Positions 50,679 through 61,701 of a stretch of 64,000 nucleotides of DNA are shown here, in pieces. How positions within the stretch are numbered: position 1 is the stretch's first letter; each line of letters starts with the position of its first letter. The position numbers were made by a program, and so were the translations under genes. Origin of the DNA: an uncultured bacterium (GTDB taxonomy: Bacteria; Babelota; Babeliae; Babelales; Babelaceae); assembly GCA_963722385.1 (NCBI GenBank), contig CAVRKK010000002.1, forward strand, positions 576,001 to 640,000. The letters are read 5' to 3'. A model generated the notes under the pieces. That model saw only the letters and a list, made by a program, of their open reading frames with translations, searched no databases and had not been told where the DNA came from.

Positions 50679-51413
50679 TTACTCGATTGACTTCTTTAAT
50701 TCTGCAGCTTTAGCTACAGCTTCTTTTGGATTTTTGAAAATTTCAAAAATACGTTGCCAGCCAAGTCCAGAAAGCATATCAGCGAGCCCAAAAGGAGTAG
50801 CATGCCGGCCAAGCAATTTCTTGCATCCGGGCATGTGAGGATCGGCACCAAATCCAACGAGCAACGCAGCTAATATTTTACCAAGATCATCCATGCGACT
50901 AACTGCCCATGATAAGGGCGTGCATCCTTCTTCATCACGCTGGTTGGGGTTAGCCCCTTTTGATAAAGCATAAAGCGCTATGCCCCAGGCTGAAGCGAGT
51001 TCTTCAGGTGTTGATGCTGGGTATTGGAGGGCTTGGAACAGCAGTTTATTGAGCTCAGCCGTTGAAGTAAAGACTGGCTCTTTTGCCTCGCCATGCTTTA
51101 AAAAACCATCATATTGTGCTCGCTTATTAGCATCTGATAGAGTCTCATATGCTTCGGTAATTTTTACAAAGAAGGCTTGGTTTGCCACAGAAGGATTTTT
51201 ATCAGGATGATAGCGTAAGGCAAGATTTTTATAAGCGCGCCTCAGGTCAGCCTGAGATGCATCTTCGCTCACTCCCAAAAGCTCATAATAGTTTTTTACC
51301 TTTTCCGGTTGTTCTGTGGTGCCCCAGGAGCCAAACCAGCCCTGACTTGAGATCGGCATAAAGCTACATAAGAAAAGTAATGCAGTCGAAAATGATAATA
51401 TATTGATCTTCAT
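50679..51413 (-). CDS. Secreted J-domain (DnaJ-type) + ankyrin-repeat protein
   Basis: NYYELLGV...YHPDKNP...AYETLSD; GANPN..GCTPLSWAV; signal peptide. Confidence 0.88.
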   Translation of the reverse strand: MKINILSFSTALLFLCSFMPISSQGWFGSWGTTEQPEKVKNYYELLGVSEDASQADLRRAYKNLALRYHPDKNPSVANQAFFVKITEAYETLSDANKRAQYDGFLKHGEAKEPVFTSTAELNKLLFQALQYPASTPEELASAWGIALYALSKGANPNQRDEEGCTPLSWAVSRMDDLGKILAALLVGFGADPHMPGCKKLLGRHATPFGLADMLSGLGWQRIFEIFKNPKEAVAKAAELKKSIE

Positions 51414-51553
51414 AGTGAATTCTCCTTAGCTTAATGAAATTAATTTTTAGCATTAATAGCGGATCAACATAATTATAATAATAGAAATAATTAACAGAAG
51501 TCAAGAAACAATATAGCTTCTGGCTGAAATATCCTTAAGTTAGTTATGCTCCT

Positions 51554-51860
51554 TTAACGCAATGAGCTGTGATACCTTTTATACCAGCTACATGCCCATT
51601 GATGCACGGCAAACGAGTAAGGCTTAATATAACGTTTTATGAGAGCTTTGTTTTTTTCACCGCAACGATAATTGGGCCAGGGATAAAAGAAGCCTGCCGA
51701 AAAGGTATGGTTACCCCTGGAACTTTAAGGGCTGTCTGAAGAAAGCAGCGTGTTAAGTGAAGAGGCCCCGTTCGCCTGAGTATAGCGTTTACGTCCTCTT
51801 TTGGTCCACCTGTAGTCAGTGTGTCTATGCACTGTTTGATAATAGGATGCTGAGCTACGA
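51554..51860 (-). pseudogene. C-terminal fragment of an Och1/GT32 (sugar-binding DXD) glycosyltransferase
   Basis: Manual translation across frameshifts: AQHPIIKQCIDTL...ILRRTGPLHLTRCF...FYPWP...YIKPYSFAVHQWACSW. Confidence 0.6.
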
Positions 51861-51876
51861 TGTACGATGTTAAAAA

Positions 51877-54438
51877 TTAGCCGCAGCACTTCTTATATTT
51901 TTTGCCTGAGCCGCATGGGCATACCTCATTGCGTCCGGTGCGCTCATTTTTTTGAGCTGGCGTCGCTGCTGTTTCATTATCAGCAGTATCGCTTGCCCCG
52001 CGCATGCTCATCTGTTCCATCTCAAGTTCGCGCTTATGCTCTAACTCGTGCTGATCAAACCGCTCAATATTAAGATGGAAAATGTTATGGACAATTTCGC
52101 CTCCAATAGCACGCATCATGGCTTCAAACATGCCAAAAGCCTCTCTCTTGTATTCAAGAAGTGGATTTTTTTGGCCCCACCCGCGAAGGCCAATACCTTC
52201 TTTTAGGTGGTCAAGGTTGAGCATGTGCTGCTTCCATGCCTGGTCGATCGCCTCAAGCACCACCCATTTTTGGGCTTCATGCAAAAGCGCTGATCTACTC
52301 TCGCCTTCTGGTTTGCCATCATGCTCCGGCGTAATTGATTCATATTTTGACAAGAGATATTCCGCCAGATCAGTGCGCAACCCTTCGGCATTGTGCAGAT
52401 CAATTTTTTGCTCCTTAAGCTGCTCAGCTGTTGTGCTGGCTAAAGTGCTGACCGCTGCCAAGACCTCATCAAGAGCTTCTGCTGGCAGAGCGCCCTTGGG
52501 GGCGTGGGCAGCAAAAATGTTCTCAATTACCGCATTGATCTGGTCACGTACCAGGGCAAGGACGTTGTCATGGCCTTCAAGCGCATGGCGCCGGCAACGG
52601 TATACCACGTTGCGCTGTTGGTTGAGAACGTCATCATATTCGATCAGGTGCTTGCGTGATTCAAAGTTTTGTTTTTCTATCTTTTCTTGGGCATTTTCAA
52701 TGATACGGGATACGAAGCGCGATTCTATGACCTCATCTTCTTTCATGCCAAAGCGATGCATATTCTTTTGCAAGCTTTCCCCGGCAAAGATCCGGATTAT
52801 GTCGTCATCAAGAGAGATATAAAAACGGGATTCGCCGCGATCTCCCTGGCGGCCCGATCTGCCGCGTAGCTGATTATCGATACGGCGGCTTTCATGGCGT
52901 TCAGTACCTAAAATATAGAGTCCTCCTGCTTCCCGCGACTCTGGCGTAAGCTTGATATCAGTACCACGCCCGGCCATATTGGTCGCGATCGTTACGCGAC
53001 CGGCTTCGCCCGCGTATTGAATAATTTCTGCTTCACGCGCGTGATTTTTGGCGTTAAGCACTTCATGTGGTATCCCATTGCTCGTTAAGATATCGCTTAG
53101 TAACTCCGACGTAGCGACGGCAATCGTACCTATAAGAATAGGCTGACCCTTGGTATGGCGCTCTTTAACGTCTTCAACAATCGCTTTATACTTTGCCGCC
53201 TTGGTGAGGAATATGACATCATTTTTATCGGCACGGATAAGCTTCTGATTAGTAGGAACTGAGACCACATCAAGCTTATAAATTTTCCAAAACTCTTCTG
53301 CCTCGGTAGCGGCGGTCCCCGTCATACCAGCTAACTTTTTATAAAGCCTGAAGTAATTTTGGAGCGTAATAGAAGCCAGTGTTTGGCTTTCGCGCTCGAT
53401 TTTTACGCTTTCCTTGGCCTCAAGCGCTTGGTGTAATCCATCACTGTAGCGTCGGCCCGGTAAAATTCTACCAGTAAATTCATCAACAATAAGCACTTGG
53501 TCATCCCTGATGACATAGTCCACGTCTCGCTTGAAGAGCGCGTGGGCGCGCAAAGCCTGATTGATATGATGTAACAGCTTAAGGTTTTCCATGAAGTAGA
53601 GATTCTTAATACCAAAAGCTGCTTCTACCTTATCAATAGCGGTCTCGGTCATTTGCGCCGTGCGCATTTTTTCATCAAGCTCGTAATCAGTGTCTTTCTT
53701 AAAATGACTTACGACGGCGTTAGTTTCTTTGTAAAGCTTGCTGCTTTCTTCTGCTGGACCGGAAATAATGAGCGGTGTACGTGCTTCGTCAATCAGGATC
53801 GAGTCGACTTCGTCAACAATGGCGTACGATAAGTCACGCTGGACGTAATCATCCAGCCTAAATTTCATATTGTCCCGTAAGTAGTCAAAGCCAAGCTCAT
53901 TGTTGGTCGCGTATAATACGTCGGACTGATACGTCGCTTTGCGCTCATGATCAGACATCCAATTTTGGATACAGCCGATTTTCAAGCCGAGTGCTTTATA
54001 AATGGCTCCCATCCACTCGGCATCCCGCCGCGCAAGGTAATCATTGACGGTGACCAAGTGTGCTCCGCGCCCGGTGAGCGCATTAAGATAAAGAGGCAGC
54101 GTAGCGGTGAGCGTTTTGCCCTCGCCTGTCTTCATCTCGGCTATTTTGCCCTCATGTAAAGCGATTCCGCCCATAAGCTGAACATCGAAGGGACGTTGAC
54201 CGAGCTTACGCTTGGCAGTTTCGCGTACCAGAGCGAACGCCTCAGGCAAGATATCATCAAGTGATTTGCCCTGATCAATCTGCGTACGAAACTCATTGGT
54301 CTTTGCCGGAATCTGCTCGTCACTCAGTGCCTGCATTCGCGGCTCAAGCGCATTGATCTGCTCGACCAGAGAAGAAAGACGGCGTAGCTTGCGCTCGTTT
54401 GCCGTGCCAAAAACTTTTGCCAAAATACGTGCTATCAT
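51877..54438 (-). CDS. secA: Preprotein translocase ATPase SecA
   Basis: EMKTGEGKTL, VDEVDSILIDEARTPLIISG, ATNMAGRGTDI, GRNEVCPCGSGKKYKKCCG. Confidence 0.98.
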   Translation of the reverse strand: MIARILAKVFGTANERKLRRLSSLVEQINALEPRMQALSDEQIPAKTNEFRTQIDQGKSLDDILPEAFALVRETAKRKLGQRPFDVQLMGGIALHEGKIAEMKTGEGKTLTATLPLYLNALTGRGAHLVTVNDYLARRDAEWMGAIYKALGLKIGCIQNWMSDHERKATYQSDVLYATNNELGFDYLRDNMKFRLDDYVQRDLSYAIVDEVDSILIDEARTPLIISGPAEESSKLYKETNAVVSHFKKDTDYELDEKMRTAQMTETAIDKVEAAFGIKNLYFMENLKLLHHINQALRAHALFKRDVDYVIRDDQVLIVDEFTGRILPGRRYSDGLHQALEAKESVKIERESQTLASITLQNYFRLYKKLAGMTGTAATEAEEFWKIYKLDVVSVPTNQKLIRADKNDVIFLTKAAKYKAIVEDVKERHTKGQPILIGTIAVATSELLSDILTSNGIPHEVLNAKNHAREAEIIQYAGEAGRVTIATNMAGRGTDIKLTPESREAGGLYILGTERHESRRIDNQLRGRSGRQGDRGESRFYISLDDDIIRIFAGESLQKNMHRFGMKEDEVIESRFVSRIIENAQEKIEKQNFESRKHLIEYDDVLNQQRNVVYRCRRHALEGHDNVLALVRDQINAVIENIFAAHAPKGALPAEALDEVLAAVSTLASTTAEQLKEQKIDLHNAEGLRTDLAEYLLSKYESITPEHDGKPEGESRSALLHEAQKWVVLEAIDQAWKQHMLNLDHLKEGIGLRGWGQKNPLLEYKREAFGMFEAMMRAIGGEIVHNIFHLNIERFDQHELEHKRELEMEQMSMRGASDTADNETAATPAQKNERTGRNEVCPCGSGKKYKKCCG

Positions 54439-54658
54439 GCTTACCTCAATTTCATAAACTTTTTATAATAGAGAGTATATACCATCTGCTCGGGGAATGT
54501 AATAGACAAGATGTCAGCTTGGCTCATCGAAATTTGCTTCGGCTTGTCGCTCTGGCCCCTGCACGGTTTATTTCTATTTGCAGTATTTATACTATAGCAA
54601 AAAAAATGATTTTGGTCCACTGGGGTAGCTTATGGGCTCCTACTTCGGAGAAAGCCCG

Positions 54659-55846
54659 TCAAGTTTCGTAAATAGCATCAATAAGGTTCGCTGCAGATTG
54701 CCAGCTTAACACGACTCCCCTACTTCTTTTTTGGTTTTCCGTACCGGCATAGAGTACAAAACTTTGGGTGACCGCAGACTGAGCCAGAGCTTTAAAATGC
54801 TCTAATCCTACAAAATAATCGTCAACAACTGTTCTTCCAGCTTTAATTTCGATAGGAAACAGGTGGGTACCTTTTTCAAGAATACAATCAACTTCATTGC
54901 CATGATTGTCACGCCAAAAATAGAGATTAGGCATACGACTTGTGTCGTAGTACTGCTTAAGCAAGTCGCTTACCAGCAATGATTCTACCAATCCGCCTCT
55001 TAAATAGTGTGTTCGGACTTGCTCCACAGATTCTATGTTGAGAAGCGAGCACGCAAGCCCTGTGTCATAAAAGTATAGTTTTGGTGTTTTGACCACGCGT
55101 TTACTAAAATTTTTGTAATAAGGCTGTAATAGAAAAATAATGTAGCTGGCCTGAAGCAAGGATAACCATGTCTCGGCAGTACGCAGATTAATACCGCAAT
55201 CATTGGCTAAAGATGAAACATTAAGTAATTGGCCAATTCTGCCTGCGCAGAGCTGCATAAAAAGCTTAAACGTTGTCAAATCACCTATGGTAGTTACCTG
55301 TCTTACGTCTCTTTCGATATACGTAAGTATATAGCTAGGATACCAAAGTGTAGGAGAGACAGCATGGGAGTACAGCTTTACGTAAAATCCTTTGTAAATA
55401 ACTTCCTCAATAGTTTGTGGTAATAAAGCATGTGCTTCAAGTTCAGCAATTGATAAAGGAAGTAATGTTAAAATAGCTATTCTTCCAGCAAGTGTTTGTG
55501 TGATGGCTTGATTGATCAAAAAATACTCCGATCCAGTTAAGATAAAGTATCCTGGTATATTATCTTGATCAACTTGGGTTTGGATATAAGAAAGAATGCT
55601 CGGCGCGTTCTGAATTTCATCCAGGATAAGACCATGAGGATTTTTGTGAAATTCTAAGAATTCTCTTGGGTCTTGGGTTGCTTGTGCACGCTTATCTAAG
55701 TCTTCCAAAGATATGTAGACGTGTTGGTTGAAAGTAAGGCGAGCAAGAGTCGTTTTTCCTGATTGACGAGGTCCCATAAGAGCAACAACGGGCAGTTGCT
55801 TTGCAGCTGAGCGTAAAACGGTCGTAAGCTGTCTGGGAATAACCAC
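54659..55846 (-). CDS. AAA_14 ATPase with DUF4143 domain, paralog of 16506-17693
   Basis: GPRQSGKTTL, DEIQ, KTPKLYFYDTGL, EVDC, EIK. Confidence 0.9.
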   Translation of the reverse strand: MVIPRQLTTVLRSAAKQLPVVALMGPRQSGKTTLARLTFNQHVYISLEDLDKRAQATQDPREFLEFHKNPHGLILDEIQNAPSILSYIQTQVDQDNIPGYFILTGSEYFLINQAITQTLAGRIAILTLLPLSIAELEAHALLPQTIEEVIYKGFYVKLYSHAVSPTLWYPSYILTYIERDVRQVTTIGDLTTFKLFMQLCAGRIGQLLNVSSLANDCGINLRTAETWLSLLQASYIIFLLQPYYKNFSKRVVKTPKLYFYDTGLACSLLNIESVEQVRTHYLRGGLVESLLVSDLLKQYYDTSRMPNLYFWRDNHGNEVDCILEKGTHLFPIEIKAGRTVVDDYFVGLEHFKALAQSAVTQSFVLYAGTENQKRSRGVVLSWQSAANLIDAIYET

Positions 55847-55962
55847 AAGGTAGACCTTTCAAAATAATTTGTACTTATCTTACATAAAATGTAAAAATTG
55901 TACAAGATAGATGAAGAGAAAATGCAGAAACGCTCGTTCCGAGCTTTTAATTGATAAGCATG

Positions 55963-58251
55963 TTAGAGAGCATCATTCCCTAATGGTTCATTTTTGCCAA
56001 AGTTAACGCTTCCTCTTTTACGATGCTGCACGTATTTATAAAATAACCAGGTGCTCACTCCACCTATAACGGTTATAAGAACAAGACCTGCGGGAATGCC
56101 AACCGTTGTTCCAATGATAAGACCTAAAGGTAGGTTGCTGCCGCTCCCCGTTCCAGAGCCAAGCAAGGGGAATACGGACACATCATTTGATGCGCTATTA
56201 GCCGTTGCAAGCACTATGCCTCCATCGCTTAAACTAAGTGGCGAAAAGGCAAGCGCTACATCATTGCTTGATTGGATAGGTAAATCATACGTTGTACCTT
56301 CGCTTAAAACACCATGAGAAAAACTATAAAGCGTAATACTATTAGAATTGCTATTGGCTGTCGAAAGATACGCATCATCAACTGAGGCAGCAATAAAAAC
56401 AGGATATACGGTACCTTGAGGTAATGGATATGATTGACCTGCTTCAAGTATACCTGCTACAAGAGGAAAGATTGATACGTCATTTGATTTACTATTTGCT
56501 GTCGCTATAAATAACTCATGAGCGCTTGAATCAGACAAAAAAGTGAGTGAATTTGGTGTGCTTGAATTGCGCGGTAGTAATTGTGAAGATACGATACTTG
56601 CTATGCCATTTGCGAAAGAAAAAAGAGTTACGTCATTTGAATAGGCATTTGCTGTAGCAAGGAATGAGCCACTCGGTGAAAATGCCACTGCTACCGGTTC
56701 TTTAGATCCCATTGGTAGCGCGTAGGAAAGAGCATTTACGAGTGCTCCTTCAGCTACCTTAAAGAGAGTTATATCACCTGATTTGCTATTGGCAAGTGCA
56801 AGATAGAGGTTGTCTGGTGAAAAATTGACTGATACAGGCTCAGTCGAATTTGCTGGCAATGGATATGATGTTGCATTTGTCAATGTTCCTCCTGCGAGGG
56901 TAAATAAAGTAACATCATTTGACTGGCTGTTAGCTGTGGCTAGATGCTCCGTATCAAAAGAAAAAGCGATACCTGACGGGAATGATGATCCAGCAGGCAA
57001 CGAGTAAGATGTACCGCTGTTAAGCACACTTCCGGAATTTACCGTAAAAAGCGTTACATCGCTTGTACCATAGTTTGCTGTTGCAAGATACAATCCATCT
57101 CTTGAAAAAGCAATCGCCACTGGGTCTGTTGAGTTAGCTGGCAATGGGTATGATGTCGCAGAGTTGGTTACACTTGTAGCACATCCAATAGTAGGTAGTA
57201 TAACGACGGTGTTAGACGTCGCATTAGCGACAGCTACATACTGACCGGAAGGTGAAAATGCTAATGAAAAGGGATCTTGTGAGCCGGATGGCAAACTATA
57301 GGAAGTAGCTGCACTTAGGACGCCATTCGGCCCCATAGTAAAAATAGTAACATTGTTTGAGGTGCTATCACCTATAGCTACATAATTACCTAATGGTGAG
57401 AACGTTATCCCAACGCCGGGAGTAGTAGAGCCAACAGGCAAAGGATAAGAAGTGCCATTGCTTAATATTCCTCCTGCTTCTACACTAAAAACAGTGACAC
57501 TATTAGAACCATCATCACTAACAACTAGATAATTACCCAGTTGAGAAAATGCTGCAAGAACAGGATCCGTAGAACCAGCAGGCAAAGGATATGATGTACC
57601 TCCGCTTAAAATACCCCCTGCTCCTACTTGAAAGATGGTTACGTTATTTGAGGTATTATTAGCGGTAGCCAAATACGCGCCGGATGGTGAAAATGCTACT
57701 GAGCCTGTTTGAGAAGACCCCGCTGGTAAAGGGTAAGAAGTACCATTGCTTAAAGCGCCTCCTGCTCCCACGCTGAATAGAGTAACATTGTTTGAGCTGC
57801 TATTAGCGATAGCCAAATAGTCACCTGCTGGAGAAAATGCTACTTTAACCGGCCCATTAGAACCTGAGGGCAATGCATATGAAGTTGCTCCCGATAATAT
57901 TCCTGCTCCCACTTGGAATATTGTTACATCATTTGATGAACTATTAGCAGTAGCAAGATAGAGACCATTCGGTGAAAATGCTAATCCCTGAGGAGCGATT
58001 GAACCAGCAGATACGGGATACGACGTGCCAGCATTTAATAAGCCTTGAGCACTTATGGTAAACAAGGTAACATCATTTGAACCATTGTTAGCAGTGGCTA
58101 TGTAAGTCCCATCTGGTGAAAAAGCTATATAAATAGGGCCACTCGAACTGGCAGGAATGGCATAAGGTGTACCTGATAGTAACGAGCATGTTTCAGAAGT
58201 TTGTACGTTTACCGTGAAAAATATGAGGCAAAATAAAGCAGCAATTTTCAT
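55963..58251 (-). CDS. Secreted tandem double beta-propeller protein with C-terminal TM anchor
   Basis: About 14 AFSPxGxYLATAN repeats; tail LGLIIGTTVGIPAGLVLITVIGGVSTWLFYKYVQHRKRGSVNF. Confidence 0.88.
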   Translation of the reverse strand: MKIAALFCLIFFTVNVQTSETCSLLSGTPYAIPASSSGPIYIAFSPDGTYIATANNGSNDVTLFTISAQGLLNAGTSYPVSAGSIAPQGLAFSPNGLYLATANSSSNDVTIFQVGAGILSGATSYALPSGSNGPVKVAFSPAGDYLAIANSSSNNVTLFSVGAGGALSNGTSYPLPAGSSQTGSVAFSPSGAYLATANNTSNNVTIFQVGAGGILSGGTSYPLPAGSTDPVLAAFSQLGNYLVVSDDGSNSVTVFSVEAGGILSNGTSYPLPVGSTTPGVGITFSPLGNYVAIGDSTSNNVTIFTMGPNGVLSAATSYSLPSGSQDPFSLAFSPSGQYVAVANATSNTVVILPTIGCATSVTNSATSYPLPANSTDPVAIAFSRDGLYLATANYGTSDVTLFTVNSGSVLNSGTSYSLPAGSSFPSGIAFSFDTEHLATANSQSNDVTLFTLAGGTLTNATSYPLPANSTEPVSVNFSPDNLYLALANSKSGDITLFKVAEGALVNALSYALPMGSKEPVAVAFSPSGSFLATANAYSNDVTLFSFANGIASIVSSQLLPRNSSTPNSLTFLSDSSAHELFIATANSKSNDVSIFPLVAGILEAGQSYPLPQGTVYPVFIAASVDDAYLSTANSNSNSITLYSFSHGVLSEGTTYDLPIQSSNDVALAFSPLSLSDGGIVLATANSASNDVSVFPLLGSGTGSGSNLPLGLIIGTTVGIPAGLVLITVIGGVSTWLFYKYVQHRKRGSVNFGKNEPLGNDAL

Positions 58252-58421
58252 TAAAATCTCCTTTATTGTAATATTAGTTAATCTAGGCTCTCATGAAGAA
58301 AGAGTATATCAACAAACGTGCATTGAGCAAAAATTTTTCTTTTTAAGGGTGTAATTAAATCTGTTAGCTGGACTGACCATGTGGGTGTCAGAAGAGGCTT
58401 CGACCTTGGTTGCCCCCCAGA

Positions 58422-59165
58422 TCAGTTGTTCATGTACTTGAGCGATGCAATTGTTAGTTGCCGCTGTGCGTGTACGCCGTCGCGGCGGTATGAGCAGAAT
58501 GTCTTGTTACAGATGGTGCATAAGTTATAGCGTTGGTTAAATGCGGTGGTATCTAGCTCCGCGTTTTCAAGCTGAAGCTGATTAAAGAGCGCGACATCAA
58601 AAAAAACCTTGCCGTCACGTTCCACGACGGCTTGGTGGCCATAGGAAAATCGTTGAATTTTTGCAAGCACGTCTTCTTTGATTTCGTAGCAGCAAGCTTT
58701 GGCGGCGGGTCCCAAAAAAATTTTGAGATCGTCAAGCTGGCAGTCAAAAGCCTTTTGCATATGCTCGAGCATATGGAGGCTTACTTGTGCAAGCGAGCCA
58801 GCCCACCCTGCATGCGCTATGCCAAGTGTATTTGTCTTCGTATCGTATATAATAAGCGGTAGGCAGTCGCCGGAAGAAATGGCAAGTCCAACATGAGCAA
58901 GATTGGTTACGAGATAGTCACCCTCATAACGATAAGGCTGAAAGCGGTCGAGATCGCTCGCTCTCCTGATTGCATATCCCTGATTACCATGTACTTGTTT
59001 GAGTATAATAAGATTTTCAAGCGCTAGGCAACGACAAGCAAGGCGAAATTGAGAAATCTGCAAAAGGGCCTTGTCATCGCCAATATCGTAAAACTCTTCC
59101 CGCTCAAAAGCCGTTTGCTTGTCCCCCCAGCAAATCGAAAAAAGGGGCGCACTGTGAAGCAGCAT
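58422..59165 (-). CDS. pgeF: PgeF/YfiH family purine nucleoside phosphorylase-like (laccase domain) protein
   Basis: QVHG, GDCLP, AHAGWAG, LGPAAKACCYE, CTIC, SYRRD. Confidence 0.9.
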   Translation of the reverse strand: MLLHSAPLFSICWGDKQTAFEREEFYDIGDDKALLQISQFRLACRCLALENLIILKQVHGNQGYAIRRASDLDRFQPYRYEGDYLVTNLAHVGLAISSGDCLPLIIYDTKTNTLGIAHAGWAGSLAQVSLHMLEHMQKAFDCQLDDLKIFLGPAAKACCYEIKEDVLAKIQRFSYGHQAVVERDGKVFFDVALFNQLQLENAELDTTAFNQRYNLCTICNKTFCSYRRDGVHAQRQLTIASLKYMNN

Positions 59166-59319
59166 CTATTTCTCCTTGAGTATTTGCATCACTTTAGCAC
59201 AACACGAGCAATTTGCATAACGCGAGCGAGGTCCTCTTGACGATCTACTCAGGCAATATATATACTGCCTATTATTATCAAATAATTATTTTTGATTTTG
59301 ATAAACCCAAGGGTAGCCA

Positions 59320-59805
59320 ATGGCAAAAGTTAGCCCTATCATAGTTTTTATACCACTTCTTTTGGGTGCTTTTCTTAAGCTGTGCTGTATGGAAGCGCCG
59401 GCTAACCATACGGTGCCACAAGAAAAATTATCTGATGATATCTTGAATGATATCGAAGAGCAGCTCCTGCTTAATTGTGGCTTGATAGGCAGTGTGCTCG
59501 AAAGAAGTGCCGACAGTGTCGTCTTTTACTTGCAGCTGGGCGCTGATATTAATTTTCGTGATCCACGTCAATATAATAACACGGCCCTCCATCTGGCTAT
59601 AATGTGCGATAATTTTGCAATTACCTGTTTACTTCTTGAATCAAAAGCAAAAACAACGATACGCAACAAGAAAAAACAGACTGCCCTTGATTTGGCAACC
59701 GCGATAGAGTCCTCGACTCGTGATATTGTCGAATATTATACTCAAGCCAACTTCGTAGGCGATATACTTGATATCGTCAGTCGCCCAAACGAAGAAAGCC
59801 CGTAG
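59320..59805 (+). CDS. Small secreted ankyrin-repeat protein
   Basis: GADINFRD..NNTALHLAI..QTALDLA; hydrophobic leader ending CCME. Confidence 0.85.
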   Translation: MAKVSPIIVFIPLLLGAFLKLCCMEAPANHTVPQEKLSDDILNDIEEQLLLNCGLIGSVLERSADSVVFYLQLGADINFRDPRQYNNTALHLAIMCDNFAITCLLLESKAKTTIRNKKKQTALDLATAIESSTRDIVEYYTQANFVGDILDIVSRPNEESP

Positions 59806-59827
59806 AATGCTCAACGTTTGATACGGT

Positions 59828-60002
59828 TTACCTATCTATACCTGCCTCTTCTAAAAATCAACGTATCTTCTAATGCTCCTTTATTTGTGTCTTTCCTAGG
59901 AGGCGGTTGGTGAAAAGTAGCCTTAATTCCATTCAATTAAAAACGAACCCCAGAGCCAGGGCCTTCATCTACGAGCACCCCTAAATTAATCAACAATGAC
60001 TC
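59828..60002 (-). pseudogene. hicA: HicA-family toxin pseudogene fragment
   Basis: Manual translation ESLLINLGVLVDEGPGSGVRF*LNGIKATFHQPPPRKDTNK...FLEEAGI matches the HicA EGxGSRVRFxLNG...FHRPHP pattern, with a stop and frameshifts. Confidence 0.7.
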
Positions 60003-60062
60003 GCAAGGATAAGGAAGCGTTTTTGGTATAAGGTCAGTGTAAACGTCTACCGAGTAGGAGGC

Positions 60063-60164
60063 ATGGAAAGGGTAAAGACCGTAAAATGCAAACTTACCAT
60101 TGACGAGGAACAGGCAGCTCTTGTTCTAGATACCATTGCATTGCTCTCTAACAAAGTTGCATAG
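60063..60164 (+). pseudogene. Possible tnpB N-terminal stub
   Basis: AGGAGG RBS followed by MERVKTVKCKLTIDEEQAALVLDTI, then truncated. Confidence 0.45.
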
Positions 60165-60236
60165 ATTAGTTTAATTTGCTATGAAACTACTATTATTTGA
60201 TCCAAGAGCCTACAGAAGGAAGAGGAGGACAACCCG

Positions 60237-61607
60237 ATGAAAAAAGCTTTAGTAATATCGTTGTTATTATGCTTATTAAATACCATATTAGCATACGATG
60301 GAGAGCTTGACCCGACTTTTGGCCCCGGGCAAAATGGAACTGTTGTTATGAATTTTGATGGGCTTAACGATAAGATATTAGCTATCAAAGTACAGAGTGA
60401 TGGTAAAATATTAGCAGTAGGAGGGGTAGCCCTTGGAATACCTTCAAACGGAAGCTTCGCTATTGCTCGCTATAACTATCAAGGTGCATTGGATGGATCA
60501 TTTAATACCGATGGTGATATTCCTGGATTGGTTACCACGAGTTTTGGCCCCTCTATCGCAGCGGAGGCTGTTGATGCTCAAACTCAAAAAAATGGGAAGA
60601 TTCTTATAGCTGGTAATGCCTCGGGAAATAACTTTAGCTTTGCTTTAGCGCGGTATAATGTAAATGGAACACTTGATACATCTTTTAATGCGCAGAGCAA
60701 GAGTCCAGGAAAAGTAATCACTAATTTTTTGCAAAGTAACAATGACCGGCTTTCTGGAATGGTATTACAACCTGATGGTAAAATTGTTGTTGTAGGTAGT
60801 ACTCAAGCTCTAGAATATACTTCATTTGTTATTGCTAGATACAATGCAGATGGTAACTTAGATAAGTCTTTTAATTCTAACGGGCAACAGCCTGGTGCAG
60901 TTTTTATTGATTTCGGAAGCAAGTATTCTATAGCTACTGGTGTAGCCATACAAAGCGATAGCAAAATCATAGTAACTGGCCTTGACAATGTAGAAAGCGA
61001 ATATATTATAGCTCGTTTTACCGAAGATGGCTGCTTAGATAAATCTTTCAATCCTCAAGGGGAGCAGCCAGGAGTTGTTCGAGGTAATTTTTACTATGGT
61101 GCTGGCGTAACAGGCGTAATAGTCCAGGAAGATAATAAGATTGTTATTGCAGGATATGGTTCTTCGATTTTTTATTCATCATTTGCCATAGCTCGCTACT
61201 TGGAAGATGGTATGCCAGATATAACTTTCAATCCTAAGGGACCACAACCAGGTACAATCCTTACGCGCTTTAACAATGGAAGTGCTCAGGCATTGGCCAT
61301 TACTCTTCAAAAAGATGGAAAAATAATAGCTGTAGGACGAGATCAACTGCCAAGCCTACAAGTAAAATTCGCGCTTGCCAGATATACCATTAACGGTAGT
61401 CTTGATACTTTTTTTAATCCTAAGGGAGTACAACCGGGTACAGTCACTACAAGCTTCGGCGGTTCAGGAATTCCTGATGATGAGGCTTATAGTGTTGCTT
61501 TACAGGCTGACGGTAAAATAATAGTTGGAGGCTATACATATAGCTTAGGAGGCTTTAAATCATTTGCGTTAGCTCGTTACAAAGGAGCTTCGTTAATTAA
61601 TTTGTAA
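60237..61607 (+). CDS. Secreted delta-60 repeat (DUF5122-like) beta-propeller protein
   Basis: Repeats of QxDGKIxxxG...FALARYxxDGxLDxSFN. Confidence 0.9.
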   Translation: MKKALVISLLLCLLNTILAYDGELDPTFGPGQNGTVVMNFDGLNDKILAIKVQSDGKILAVGGVALGIPSNGSFAIARYNYQGALDGSFNTDGDIPGLVTTSFGPSIAAEAVDAQTQKNGKILIAGNASGNNFSFALARYNVNGTLDTSFNAQSKSPGKVITNFLQSNNDRLSGMVLQPDGKIVVVGSTQALEYTSFVIARYNADGNLDKSFNSNGQQPGAVFIDFGSKYSIATGVAIQSDSKIIVTGLDNVESEYIIARFTEDGCLDKSFNPQGEQPGVVRGNFYYGAGVTGVIVQEDNKIVIAGYGSSIFYSSFAIARYLEDGMPDITFNPKGPQPGTILTRFNNGSAQALAITLQKDGKIIAVGRDQLPSLQVKFALARYTINGSLDTFFNPKGVQPGTVTTSFGGSGIPDDEAYSVALQADGKIIVGGYTYSLGGFKSFALARYKGASLINL

Positions 61608-61701
61608 AAGATCAGAAAGAAAGATTTGTACCTTGGTTCCTGGTTCAAATGGTACGTTGGGAAGTAGATTTTAAAAGGTAGAAATTACGGCGTGCTCATG
61701 G

